From: a virus
Reading direction: 5' to 3' (one strand)
Length of the DNA stretch: 64,000 bases
Virus record (IMG/VR): IMGVR_UViG_3300037454_000906
Span: 128,001 to 192,000 of that record
Part shown: positions 55,759 to 64,000 of the stretch, piece by piece
Position numbering within the stretch: the stretch's first letter is position 1
Layout: the number at the start of each line of letters is the position of its first letter
Position numbers and translations under genes: made by a program
Notes under the pieces: model-generated
What the model was told of the DNA's origin: nothing
Databases searched by the model: none
Seen by the model: the letters and a program-made list of their open reading frames with translations, nothing else

Positions 55759-55835
55759 GCGGCTTTCATCTCACCCACTAAAGATGGGTGAGTTTTCTCG
55801 CCGCCACATTATAAACTGCTACCCGAGGTACCCCA

Positions 55836-56309
55836 ATGACCAACGAATATACACAAGAACTGGACAGCATGGGCACACGGAGTGGACTAACTCTGCTGAC
55901 CGAGGCAATCAAGAGCGCATATATCGCCCTGCTCGAATCCGAGCAGGCGCCCGGTGAACCCGCATCCCCCGACAGTACACCCCCGCTCCCCGATGGCGGG
56001 GTGTACGTTAGCCCCGACGGCAGTGAGGTGCTCGGGCTTATCTGGTCCGACAACAGCGACAACATCGATGACGAGGACTGGGACCAGGGGTATAACTGCT
56101 ACACGATCGCCGACCGGTATCGTGTCAAGGAAGGGTTTGACCCTTCCCAGCTCCCGTGCGATCCGGCTGAGCTCGATGGGGCCCATGAACTGGAACTTAC
56201 CGAGAACATGACGCAGTTCCTGTACAAAAGGAATTCGTTGCCATCCGAGGAGGATGCGCTCGACGCGTATTACGCCGCGGGGTGGAAGAAGTTGCCATGT
56301 GGCCAGTAG
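55836..56309 (+). CDS. acidic hypothetical protein
   Basis: 157 aa; GAGG RBS. Confidence 0.6.
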   Translation: MTNEYTQELDSMGTRSGLTLLTEAIKSAYIALLESEQAPGEPASPDSTPPLPDGGVYVSPDGSEVLGLIWSDNSDNIDDEDWDQGYNCYTIADRYRVKEGFDPSQLPCDPAELDGAHELELTENMTQFLYKRNSLPSEEDALDAYYAAGWKKLPCGQ

Positions 56310-56319
56310 TGGGTGAGCC

Positions 56320-56961
56320 ATGTACGACTATCGCATAGACAAAACCATCGACCAATTGGACCCGGTTCCATCGGAGTCATGGAGTTCGGACCAGGTAGAT
56401 GCATTCTTTGATTCGGCATTGGTGCCTGTAGCGGGAATAACCCCGCAGGGCTCTTACAGGACGTTCAATAATTCGTTTAAGTCGATAATCGAACGTTATA
56501 CGCCGATGTTCACGCCAAAACTTCCCGTGTTTATTGGCAATTCGGGTAGTTCACCGACCTCCCCGACCAACAATACGGCGACTTTTGGAATCACCAAGGT
56601 GTCAAGCGAAGGGGATGCCATTTTCCTCCAGTCCAATGTCTTGAAGGTGAAACCGGGGTGGTATCATGTCGATGCGGTAGCCACAGTAAACTTTTCGGGC
56701 ACCGCGTCGAATACTATTGTTCCGGTAACATTCAACCTTGAACTCGATGGCGCGGAAGTATGCTCCGACGCCATTCAGTTTGACTATTCGTATCCCAGCA
56801 ATTCGGCTACCCTACATCTGCATGGCATTACGGTAAATTCGGGAACCGATGCAGCATCGTTGGTATTTAAAGTTACGGGATTGCTTGACGGGTCCACGGC
56901 GACATTGAATCACGCGGCCCTCTTCCAGGTCAGGCCAATTGACACCGCAGCGGCCCAATAG
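56320..56961 (+). CDS. probable virion structural protein, beta-rich (BclA/C1q-like) C-terminus
   Basis: S/T/N-rich; LKVKPGWYHVDAVATVNF resembles C1q/BclA-type jelly-roll strands. Confidence 0.45.
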   Translation: MYDYRIDKTIDQLDPVPSESWSSDQVDAFFDSALVPVAGITPQGSYRTFNNSFKSIIERYTPMFTPKLPVFIGNSGSSPTSPTNNTATFGITKVSSEGDAIFLQSNVLKVKPGWYHVDAVATVNFSGTASNTIVPVTFNLELDGAEVCSDAIQFDYSYPSNSATLHLHGITVNSGTDAASLVFKVTGLLDGSTATLNHAALFQVRPIDTAAAQ

Positions 56962-56975
56962 TCCTTACATATGAA

Positions 56976-58202
56976 CTACCCACCGGCTAAAGACCGGTGG
57001 GTTTCGGTTCCCACCGTTACCAGTGATGCTTCCTGCTCAAGACAGCTATTGCTGCCAGTATCAACAGGCTTAACCTCTAAGGTTCCCCCAGTCCCTGGGG
57101 TACTTGAATTGTTAAGACGACGACCTTCAACGAGTATGTTGAGGGCTGAGTTCTCGTCCCTGTCCAGCGGTTCTCCACATACAGGGCAAGTCCACTTGCG
57201 GTCTTCGAGAGTAAGTTCGTCGTTCTTGAAATGACACTTGTGACATAGCTTCGTGGACGGGAAGAACATACTTACCTTCAAGTAGGTCCTTCCATACCAT
57301 GCCGCCTTGTATTCCACCTTGTCCAGGAACGAGCTCCACGCAGCATCCGCAATGGATTTCGCCAGCTTGTGGTTCTTCATGAGGTTCCTGACTTTCAGGT
57401 CCTCGGAGTAGATGCATTGGTTTTCTGCAACTAGCTGCCAGGAGACCTTGTGCTGAAAGTCGTTCCGCTGGTTTTTAATCTTCTCATGCACCAATGCCAC
57501 TCGCAACTGCTGCTTTTTGTAGTTGTTCGAGCCCTTGGTGCGGTGGCTTAATTTCCTCTGTTCCTTCGCAAGGCTTTCTTGCGATTTATTAAAATACTTC
57601 GGATTTTCGATAACACATCCATCGGAATCCACAAGGAAATCTTTTAGTCCTAAATCAAATGCAATGTCGTTGGCCGTATGTGGTAGTGAGTTCGGTTCTT
57701 CCACTTCGCAGCATATCGAACAAAAATACTTTCCTGTCGGAGTCTTCTTTATTGTTATGTTCCAGACTTTAATGATGCCTATATTGTTGAAATCATATCC
57801 CTGACGGAATGTGACTGGACCTGCTTTCGGGATGATTATCTTGTTGCCGACCACCAGTTCTTTGATGTCAGAATGCATCATCGCATTACGATAGCTCTGC
57901 TTATCAGTTTTCTTCTTGTATTTCGGATATCCGGTCCTTCCGGAGAAGAAATTCTGGTAAGCAGTATTCATGTCCATGTAGGCATTTGCCAGTCCTTGAG
58001 AATCGGCTTCCTTCAACCACGGCCACTCCTCCTTGAACGAGCGGAGATTTGGTTTGAAGTTCATGTATGTCTCTTCGTATATACAGGACTTCATCCATAG
58101 GCAGTGGTTGTACACAAAACGACAGCACCCGAACGTCTTGTTGAAAAACGTCCGCTGTTCTTGATTAGGATATAGTCGTATCTCAAATGCCTTCTTTATC
58201 AT
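56976..58202 (-). CDS. tnpB: RNA-guided endonuclease TnpB
   Basis: FFNKTFGCCRFVYN, AFDLGLK, YSEDLK, CHKC...CPVCG, DRDENSALNI. Confidence 0.93.
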   Translation of the reverse strand: MIKKAFEIRLYPNQEQRTFFNKTFGCCRFVYNHCLWMKSCIYEETYMNFKPNLRSFKEEWPWLKEADSQGLANAYMDMNTAYQNFFSGRTGYPKYKKKTDKQSYRNAMMHSDIKELVVGNKIIIPKAGPVTFRQGYDFNNIGIIKVWNITIKKTPTGKYFCSICCEVEEPNSLPHTANDIAFDLGLKDFLVDSDGCVIENPKYFNKSQESLAKEQRKLSHRTKGSNNYKKQQLRVALVHEKIKNQRNDFQHKVSWQLVAENQCIYSEDLKVRNLMKNHKLAKSIADAAWSSFLDKVEYKAAWYGRTYLKVSMFFPSTKLCHKCHFKNDELTLEDRKWTCPVCGEPLDRDENSALNILVEGRRLNNSSTPGTGGTLEVKPVDTGSNSCLEQEASLVTVGTETHRSLAGG

Positions 58203-58517
58203 ACTATTATACAGTCTATAACCACAATAGTAAACACACTAAAATAATAGGTGCGCTAATTATTGGTATCATATACCAATGTAATTTCATATCATCTTGA
58301 TTAATGGCATGGCTATGTGAGTTTTGACCGAATATGAATCCTATCATAAATGCTATGTAATTATCCATATATGATGCCTATATACAAAATGACCCCGATG
58401 CGACAATACTGCGGAACCTTGTACGCACCGGAGCCGAAATTGCTATCTTTGTATAGATGATGGAAGGTTCCGCCAGTCCTCATCTACTCATAAGTTTATA
58501 GCATCAACATAGAAATT

Positions 58518-58928
58518 ATGCAATACAAATCCAAGAACCATACCAAATTTTTGTTGCAATATCATATCATTTTCGTTTCAAAGTACCGTAGAGGCATATT
58601 TTCCAATGAAATGGTACGGGAACGAACCAAACAAGTGATGTTGGACATTGCCGAAAGGTATGATTTTAGCATCCAAACACAGGAAATCGACCCGAACAAA
58701 CCTGACCACTGGCATGGATTGATATTGAGTACACCAAATCTGTCTCCATCACAGATAGTCCGTGTACTCAAACAGGAGTCCAACCACAGGTTATGGTTAG
58801 AATTTGAGCAATATCTTCGGTACTTTTATTGGCATGACAATTTGCTATGGACTAGGGGATATTTCGTAGCGTCAATCGGAAATGCATCGGCAGATACCAT
58901 TCAAGCCTATATTGATGCGCAAGGTTAA
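58518..58928 (+). CDS. tnpA: IS200/IS605 Y1 (HUH) transposase TnpA
   Basis: LQYHIIFVSKYRR, DHWHGLI (HUH), LKQES, LWTRGYFVASIG, IQAYIDAQ (catalytic Y). Confidence 0.93.
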   Translation: MQYKSKNHTKFLLQYHIIFVSKYRRGIFSNEMVRERTKQVMLDIAERYDFSIQTQEIDPNKPDHWHGLILSTPNLSPSQIVRVLKQESNHRLWLEFEQYLRYFYWHDNLLWTRGYFVASIGNASADTIQAYIDAQG

Positions 58929-58990
58929 TCCCCAGGCCTCTCATCTCACCCACTAAAGATGAGTGCGTTTTCTCGGCCCATATTATAACG

Positions 58991-59015
58991 AAAAACGGCG
59001 ATTTCTCGCCGTTTT
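58991..59015 (-). terminator. intrinsic terminator after the 1631-aa gene
   Basis: AAAACGGCGA-GAAA-TCGCCGTTTTT on the minus strand; A/T runs on both sides. Confidence 0.75.
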
Positions 59016-59016
59016 G

Positions 59017-62000
59017 CTACCATATGAACTCGACACGCAGCCAGTAATCATTAAATGAACCGGCTGAACCATGCACATTATCAGAAATTTCGTACCGAAT
59101 ATACCGTTCGCCGCGCTCAATGATACGGAAGAAATCTGGATCATCAGAGTATTTTTCTTCCTGGGGTTCACCACCATAAATAGTGATGATACTCAAATAC
59201 GGCATGCCATCCACCAGTTTAAGTCCAGTAACTTCAACCGGTTCGGGTATCGGCGTATCTCGCCCCATTTCATGGAATAGTTCAATTTTCTCCCCGTTTT
59301 TTTGGACTGCGTATATGCTACTTGGTGAGTCAACATCCTTATTTTCAACCGTAAACTTGAACGCCCGGGGTTCGGGAGACAGGTTCGTTGCGGGTAGCCG
59401 GTAAACCGGGTTCGCGTTTTGGATCTGGTCCTTTCTCGGAAAATCGAACTGACCCCAGAGGACCGCATCGCCCATGGTGCCACCCGCACGATCATGTACC
59501 CATGCGCCATCATGGTAAGCGACGGCGGGCACGTCGGAACCACGCGCCACCGATGTCGCCGGACGCAAGTGCTTGCGCATGGCCCAGAAACTTGCATGGG
59601 CCTTGCTTGCCCAGGCGCTCTCATTCGACTCACTCAATATATTGCCGCCGTTCACGTCATACGGGGCCACGATGCCCAGGCCGCCGGAAGGTATGGGGAG
59701 ATACGGCTTAGCCAACCGCGGGATCGCAACTTCGCTGGTGGGCAGGTCAGTATTGTTTTCCAATTCAACCTTGTCGCTGGCCGGCATGTTCGAAATGAGC
59801 TTCGGTATGATACTCGGGTTGATGTCCATCGGCGGATATTTGTAGTACGGGTGCATCAGGACATCTTGCCAGCCACGGTTTGGTGGGCATATCGATTCCG
59901 TCCATACACGTACGCCATCAATCTTCGCTTCGAGGGCGTTCGCTCCATATAGCGGGGTCAAGTACGACATCGGGGTCTGTATGTAATCGACCGTGTACCA
60001 ACGCCCCGCGCTTGCCGAGAATTTGAACTTCATGTATACGCGAATGTAGCCGCTGGGGCCCGCGAATATACCGGTGCCATTGAATATGCTATACCAATCA
60101 CGGGTCACCTTAACGGGCGGTTCGCTCCAGTTCGTGACCGACGGGATTCCATCATCGTCACGCATCGACGCGTAGTGGATATTGGAATCGATTCCCGACC
60201 ACTGTGCGCTGGTGGACCTGGATATGAAATTATCCCGAACGATTGCATCGCGAACCGTGGGATCAAGACCACTCAATCCATCGCAGTCATCTTCGCCGCA
60301 GCATTCCGTCTCCGGCCAAATGATTCTAGTGGAATCTATTAACTTGATATGCCGCCATACCGGATCGGTCACGTCCCCTTCCGGATACATCAGCCCGGAT
60401 TGCGAAATGCCGGTGCGGGTGCTATCCCAGAACCTGGTGGGCATGTGTCCGCCGTATGGGGCGACCATCGATCTCAGTAGCTTCGTTAACGCAGTCGATT
60501 TAGGCACGCCATCTATGAATGGCAAATTATACGACACGAAGTATATGTTCAGGATTTTTTCCCATTCGGTGTCGTAGCCCATGATTTTTGCGCGTTGGGT
60601 CACATACAATCCTTCGATGTACCCAAGATACGTAGCCATCGCATCGCCCGAAATCAGCGGCAGCATTTGGGGATTTGTTTTCCCAAGATATTCCAGCAAA
60701 TCCTGATTCAAAGTAGCGCTTCCCGGAGACGGTATTGTATCTACGGAGAATACGTTGGCCGTGGCCGAATAGATATCCTTCCACATCTCGGACTCGGATG
60801 CACCGATCAAATTTGCATATGGCTCGGTGATGTCAAAGTCACCACCAGGTGCCCAATCTTTCAGGCCAGTAATCTGAAGCTCGGCAACACGGCACGCGTC
60901 CCGGAACAGCTCATGCCGAACTGCATCAGAATCGCTTTCAATGCGGGCATTTATTACACTACGGTACCCGAACATTTCCTTAGGCCATGCGGCCAGCTTG
61001 TAATCACACGGGATCGGTGTTGCGGACGCGCTTGTCCAATATTCGCCATTCCCGTAGATGTTTTCCGAATACCGTGCGCCCACTTCGCCATCTACAAACG
61101 GATCGGCGCCTACGATGGAATTTCCGTCGGCGTATTGGTCTTGCCCCGACGCGCGGATATAGTCAGGCAAATGCCTTGCCTTGATTTGCCATGCTGCGCC
61201 CGCCAACTTGTTATTGATTACCTCATCGGTAGGTTCGCCACTCGCCCTGGTCCACCCGCTTAGGAAGATGTCATGGAGGGAGCCAGGATATTCCGGGTTG
61301 GTGCCCATTCGAGAACTTCTCGAGATCCCCGGTATCTTCTTGTACTCTCTGGCCAGACGCATCTTGCGGAAATCACTTGCCAGCATTTCCACCGCTTTCC
61401 TGGCCTGGCGCACCGGATTACTTGCCGCGTCACGGTAGCTTCCGCTGCCATCGGGAATCCGGATGCGCAGCTGGGAACCGACCAGGGACTTCTCCGCGCC
61501 GGAATTTTTCCGGGCATACACGAGCGGCATCGTATCGGCGGTAAATCCGTAGCCGTTCTGCCCGCCGCCCACGTCGCCATACCCGAAGAACCCGACCGTA
61601 TCGTTGAAGTCGATTATCTTCTTGTTCTCATGCCATATCATCGAGGATACGGAATGTTCCCCGAGGTCCCACTCGTCCGTCATCAGACGTTCCAGGTGGC
61701 GCATCTTGTGCCTGCCGACAATCGCCCACGGGAACGTATTCGTGGTAGTCGGGTAGACCGTGGCCACTACACGGCGACCGTCATCCACCAACGCCATGCG
61801 GCCAGTGTCGGAAAACGTTGGGGAAAGAATCTTGTTGTATCGACCGATTCCATTGCCTTCGCCCATGTCACTGGACCCAAGCGTGGTCTCGTTGCGGGTG
61901 TGGAGGCCCATCAAAGTCGACGTGCCCGTACCATAGAGCCGATTTGTTTCGCAGTCATCATTCGGATCAAGGTAAGCGACGCCGCAGATACGCATGCACC

Positions 62001-63912
62001 TGTCCCTCAGCCGGTTCCCGTAAGGATAACCTTCAAGGTCCACGATGGTAACGTTTCCGGCCTCGTTAGTTTCCAGTGTACCCATCACGTCGGCATGGCG
62101 CGGGCAGTTACTGCCCCCATCCAGGGTGAATCTAATACGGATTCCGGTGGGGAGCGCGACACCGTCACGATCCACAAGAGGGGCGACATTATCACCGGTG
62201 ATTTCGAAACTGCCAGTCGATGCCGGCGTTGATGTACCAAGATCCCATGAAAGGGAGCTCTCGCTAAACTTCCAGTTGCCGCTCAGGACATATACGCGCG
62301 GCTGGGAGACATACTCGTAGTATGCGCTGAGTTGCTTTACACGGTTTGCGACCGCGTCGCGTTCCACCCCGTTACCGAAAGCCTGACCGGGATTGATGAT
62401 TGGCAAAGACACGGTGACTTCAAATTCATCGCCATCGGGCGTGTCTATCGGAGCCGGAAGGTGGACATAAGTCTTTTTAAGATGGGGTTCGCCATCGCCT
62501 ACATTCTTAAAGTCATTGTTTACGCAGATATGAATTCGATTGGATTCGCTGTGCCCAACAACCAGCCTACCGTCCCCGTCGCAGTCCGGGCACGGCGAAC
62601 CATCGACTTCGCCGGTTCCGCCACATGTCTCGCATGTATCGTAGATGTCATGAACGAGCCCACCAACACAAGAAGCCGAATCAACCGGGCCGGAGCGCTG
62701 CCCGTCATTGTCGTACAAGCGGTTGGCGAACTTTTTCAAGAGGGTGATGTTGTTGTCCGTCTCCGCGGACGCATAGTTGCTGAACGTGGTAAACGGCCAG
62801 TCGCGCGGAATGGCGGTCGCATCATCGCGGTTAGTGGAGATGTTGAATACCGTCAGGGGGCGGTCCACCGGTAGGCCATCGCCTACAGGCTTTCTCCTGG
62901 GAGGGCACGTGTCGCCATAATTGCACTCCCCGCTCGCGTAACCCCCAAGCCCAAATCCTTCGACGGTGACGGTATCGCCACCCTCATGGGCACTGCCGAG
63001 CTGGACGGGGCCGCATTCGACAAACCATCGGGTAAGCGCACCCGCTCCCGCAAGGTCGCCCGGACGAGAAAGCGGGTGTAGTGTGTTGCCAATCACCTCG
63101 CGCGTCTGCTCGGCCACGCGCTCGGTAACCTCGCCGTCACTGTAACTATGCCTTACGTGACCGCATACCTGGCTGTTATCGAGCGATTCAACATGGTCAT
63201 ATGGATCCTCGCCCTCGGCAAAATTCTGACCCTTTACGCGCCCCACCGAAGCACGCCGGAACCAGGTACCGTTATCGACAGTATACAGCCCGTTCTCCGC
63301 GGGATTGTCCTGCCCCGTCAGCAATATGGCGGAATTCGGGATGGGCTGTTCCACCTTTATCCTATCCGGCCCAATACGCCCGTCAACTCGCTGCTCCTGC
63401 GGGTCGCCGCGTGGCACGAACAACGTGGTGACATCGTGTTCCGAATCATACGTGCGACTGTCCACAGTGAAATCCACACCAAGCAAGCCAGTGACCGAGT
63501 AATCCTCGTAACCTGCATTGGCAAACCGGAAAGCCGAGTCAAGCATTTCACCGGGGTTGCCGGGGACGGTGACCTTGTAGAAATCATTTTCGTCGCCCAC
63601 GCACTCAAGACCGTTTACCGGGATGAAGATCGAATTGCCCGACAGCGGTTTCACGTTCACCGGGATTTCGACGTATTCGCCAATCACGTAATTGGCATCC
63701 TCGACGGAAAAATTGGGTGACTGGGGGAACTCGGGGTTACCCCTGGACAGACACTCCACCGAATCGCCACATACGTTGGTATTCGGGAACCCGAGCGGAT
63801 CGATCGGGTATATGCCATGGGAATCGGCTGTACGGGCCTCGACCGGATCAAGCGAGGGCGAAGTCACGTACTCGTGGATGGTAGTCTTGTCCGTATTTAC
63901 AAAATCGCTCAT
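59017..63912 (-). CDS. large probable virion structural/tail-associated protein
   Basis: 1631 aa, G/D/S-rich; ILLTGQDNPAENGLYTVDNGTWFR matches a motif common in phage tail/decoration proteins; internal CETCGGTG...CPDCDGDG Zn finger; GGAGG RBS. Confidence 0.6.
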   Translation of the reverse strand: MSDFVNTDKTTIHEYVTSPSLDPVEARTADSHGIYPIDPLGFPNTNVCGDSVECLSRGNPEFPQSPNFSVEDANYVIGEYVEIPVNVKPLSGNSIFIPVNGLECVGDENDFYKVTVPGNPGEMLDSAFRFANAGYEDYSVTGLLGVDFTVDSRTYDSEHDVTTLFVPRGDPQEQRVDGRIGPDRIKVEQPIPNSAILLTGQDNPAENGLYTVDNGTWFRRASVGRVKGQNFAEGEDPYDHVESLDNSQVCGHVRHSYSDGEVTERVAEQTREVIGNTLHPLSRPGDLAGAGALTRWFVECGPVQLGSAHEGGDTVTVEGFGLGGYASGECNYGDTCPPRRKPVGDGLPVDRPLTVFNISTNRDDATAIPRDWPFTTFSNYASAETDNNITLLKKFANRLYDNDGQRSGPVDSASCVGGLVHDIYDTCETCGGTGEVDGSPCPDCDGDGRLVVGHSESNRIHICVNNDFKNVGDGEPHLKKTYVHLPAPIDTPDGDEFEVTVSLPIINPGQAFGNGVERDAVANRVKQLSAYYEYVSQPRVYVLSGNWKFSESSLSWDLGTSTPASTGSFEITGDNVAPLVDRDGVALPTGIRIRFTLDGGSNCPRHADVMGTLETNEAGNVTIVDLEGYPYGNRLRDRCMRICGVAYLDPNDDCETNRLYGTGTSTLMGLHTRNETTLGSSDMGEGNGIGRYNKILSPTFSDTGRMALVDDGRRVVATVYPTTTNTFPWAIVGRHKMRHLERLMTDEWDLGEHSVSSMIWHENKKIIDFNDTVGFFGYGDVGGGQNGYGFTADTMPLVYARKNSGAEKSLVGSQLRIRIPDGSGSYRDAASNPVRQARKAVEMLASDFRKMRLAREYKKIPGISRSSRMGTNPEYPGSLHDIFLSGWTRASGEPTDEVINNKLAGAAWQIKARHLPDYIRASGQDQYADGNSIVGADPFVDGEVGARYSENIYGNGEYWTSASATPIPCDYKLAAWPKEMFGYRSVINARIESDSDAVRHELFRDACRVAELQITGLKDWAPGGDFDITEPYANLIGASESEMWKDIYSATANVFSVDTIPSPGSATLNQDLLEYLGKTNPQMLPLISGDAMATYLGYIEGLYVTQRAKIMGYDTEWEKILNIYFVSYNLPFIDGVPKSTALTKLLRSMVAPYGGHMPTRFWDSTRTGISQSGLMYPEGDVTDPVWRHIKLIDSTRIIWPETECCGEDDCDGLSGLDPTVRDAIVRDNFISRSTSAQWSGIDSNIHYASMRDDDGIPSVTNWSEPPVKVTRDWYSIFNGTGIFAGPSGYIRVYMKFKFSASAGRWYTVDYIQTPMSYLTPLYGANALEAKIDGVRVWTESICPPNRGWQDVLMHPYYKYPPMDINPSIIPKLISNMPASDKVELENNTDLPTSEVAIPRLAKPYLPIPSGGLGIVAPYDVNGGNILSESNESAWASKAHASFWAMRKHLRPATSVARGSDVPAVAYHDGAWVHDRAGGTMGDAVLWGQFDFPRKDQIQNANPVYRLPATNLSPEPRAFKFTVENKDVDSPSSIYAVQKNGEKIELFHEMGRDTPIPEPVEVTGLKLVDGMPYLSIITIYGGEPQEEKYSDDPDFFRIIERGERYIRYEISDNVHGSAGSFNDYWLRVEFIW

Positions 63913-63920
63913 CAGGCCTC

Positions 63921-63998
63921 CTACCCGATCATGTTGCGGTACTCGTCATCAACCAGGACCGGCGACATGTCATATGTCGAGAACGGGTCTTGCACCAG
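63921..63998 (-). CDS. 3' end of a gene starting beyond the window
   Basis: Open frame LVQDPFSTYDMSPVLVDDEYRNMIG*; stop overlaps RBS of the next gene. Confidence 0.4.
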   Translation of the reverse strand: MVQDPFSTYDMSPVLVDDEYRNMIG

Positions 63999-64000
63999 AG

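Larger units (their letters stand above)
54344..55810 (-). mobile_element. Non-autonomous IS200/IS605 element (tnpB only); TAM TTAT
   Basis: Left end: TTAT|aatgtggcggcgagAAAA then hairpin ctcacccatc-TTTA-gtgggtgag. Right end: GAAA, hairpin cccaccggtc-TTTA-gccggtggg, then tagtTCAT. Pairs AAAA/TTAT and GAAA/TCAT fit IS608 rules. Confidence 0.85.
56971..58984 (-). mobile_element. IS605-group element (divergent tnpA + tnpB); TAM TTAT
   Basis: Right-end 38 nt identical to 54344-54381. Left end: TTAT|aatatgggccgagAAAA then hairpin cgcactcatc-TTTA-gtgggtgag. Confidence 0.88.

Noticed and set aside
1-64000. CRISPR array, tRNA or rRNA genes
   Set aside because: No run of three or more evenly spaced repeats with unique spacers, and no cloverleaf with T-loop GTTCRA and acceptor stem was found by eye. 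The 38-bp repeat has only two close copies separated by ORFs.
1-64000. Stop-codon reassignment (as in some gut phages)
   Set aside because: TAG, TGA and TAA all end recognisable full-length genes (TAG ends glf and tnpB), and coding density is high under the standard code.

Overview
The window looks like a segment of a large dsDNA (probably jumbo) phage genome. It is dense with short orphan ORFs in alternating strand blocks, has auxiliary metabolic genes, and has the start of a virion-structural region at the right end. A FISUMP-like domain, FCB-type promoters and real Shine-Dalgarno sites suggest a Fibrobacter-like host (inference). Recognisable genes: KptA/Tpt1, UDP-galactopyranose mutase (glf), radical SAM, an FrhB-like/polysaccharide pyruvyltransferase fusion, two glycosyltransferase-like genes (one DUF4422/WciB-like), nicotinamidase, HNH, DNA methyltransferase, guanylate-kinase-like, two P-loop ATPases, OFA-family MFS transporter, metallophosphoesterase, NUDIX, Thg1 and a 1631-aa virion-like protein. 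Four TnpB elements have intact RuvC triads. Three are IS200/IS605 with ends resolvable to the base (419-1801, TAM TCAC; 54344-55810 and 56971-58984, TAM TTAT). One is IS607 (about 17295-21700); it carries an AT-rich GIY-YIG/NUMOD1 nuclease gene between tnpA and tnpB and interrupts a phage gene in frame. Other notable structure: a tnpB 5' leader with two hairpins whose 7-nt loops are perfectly complementary; a promoter motif (TTGCCA-N17-TAYATT) placed exactly 6 nt before ATG in about 12 genes (probable leaderless mRNAs); a dispersed galactofuranose/pyruvyl glycosylation toolkit; a 38-bp repeat bracketing a two-ORF cassette; and a 21-bp-arm perfect palindrome. No CRISPR array, tRNA or rRNA was seen. 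All family assignments come from motif recognition by eye; no database searches were run.
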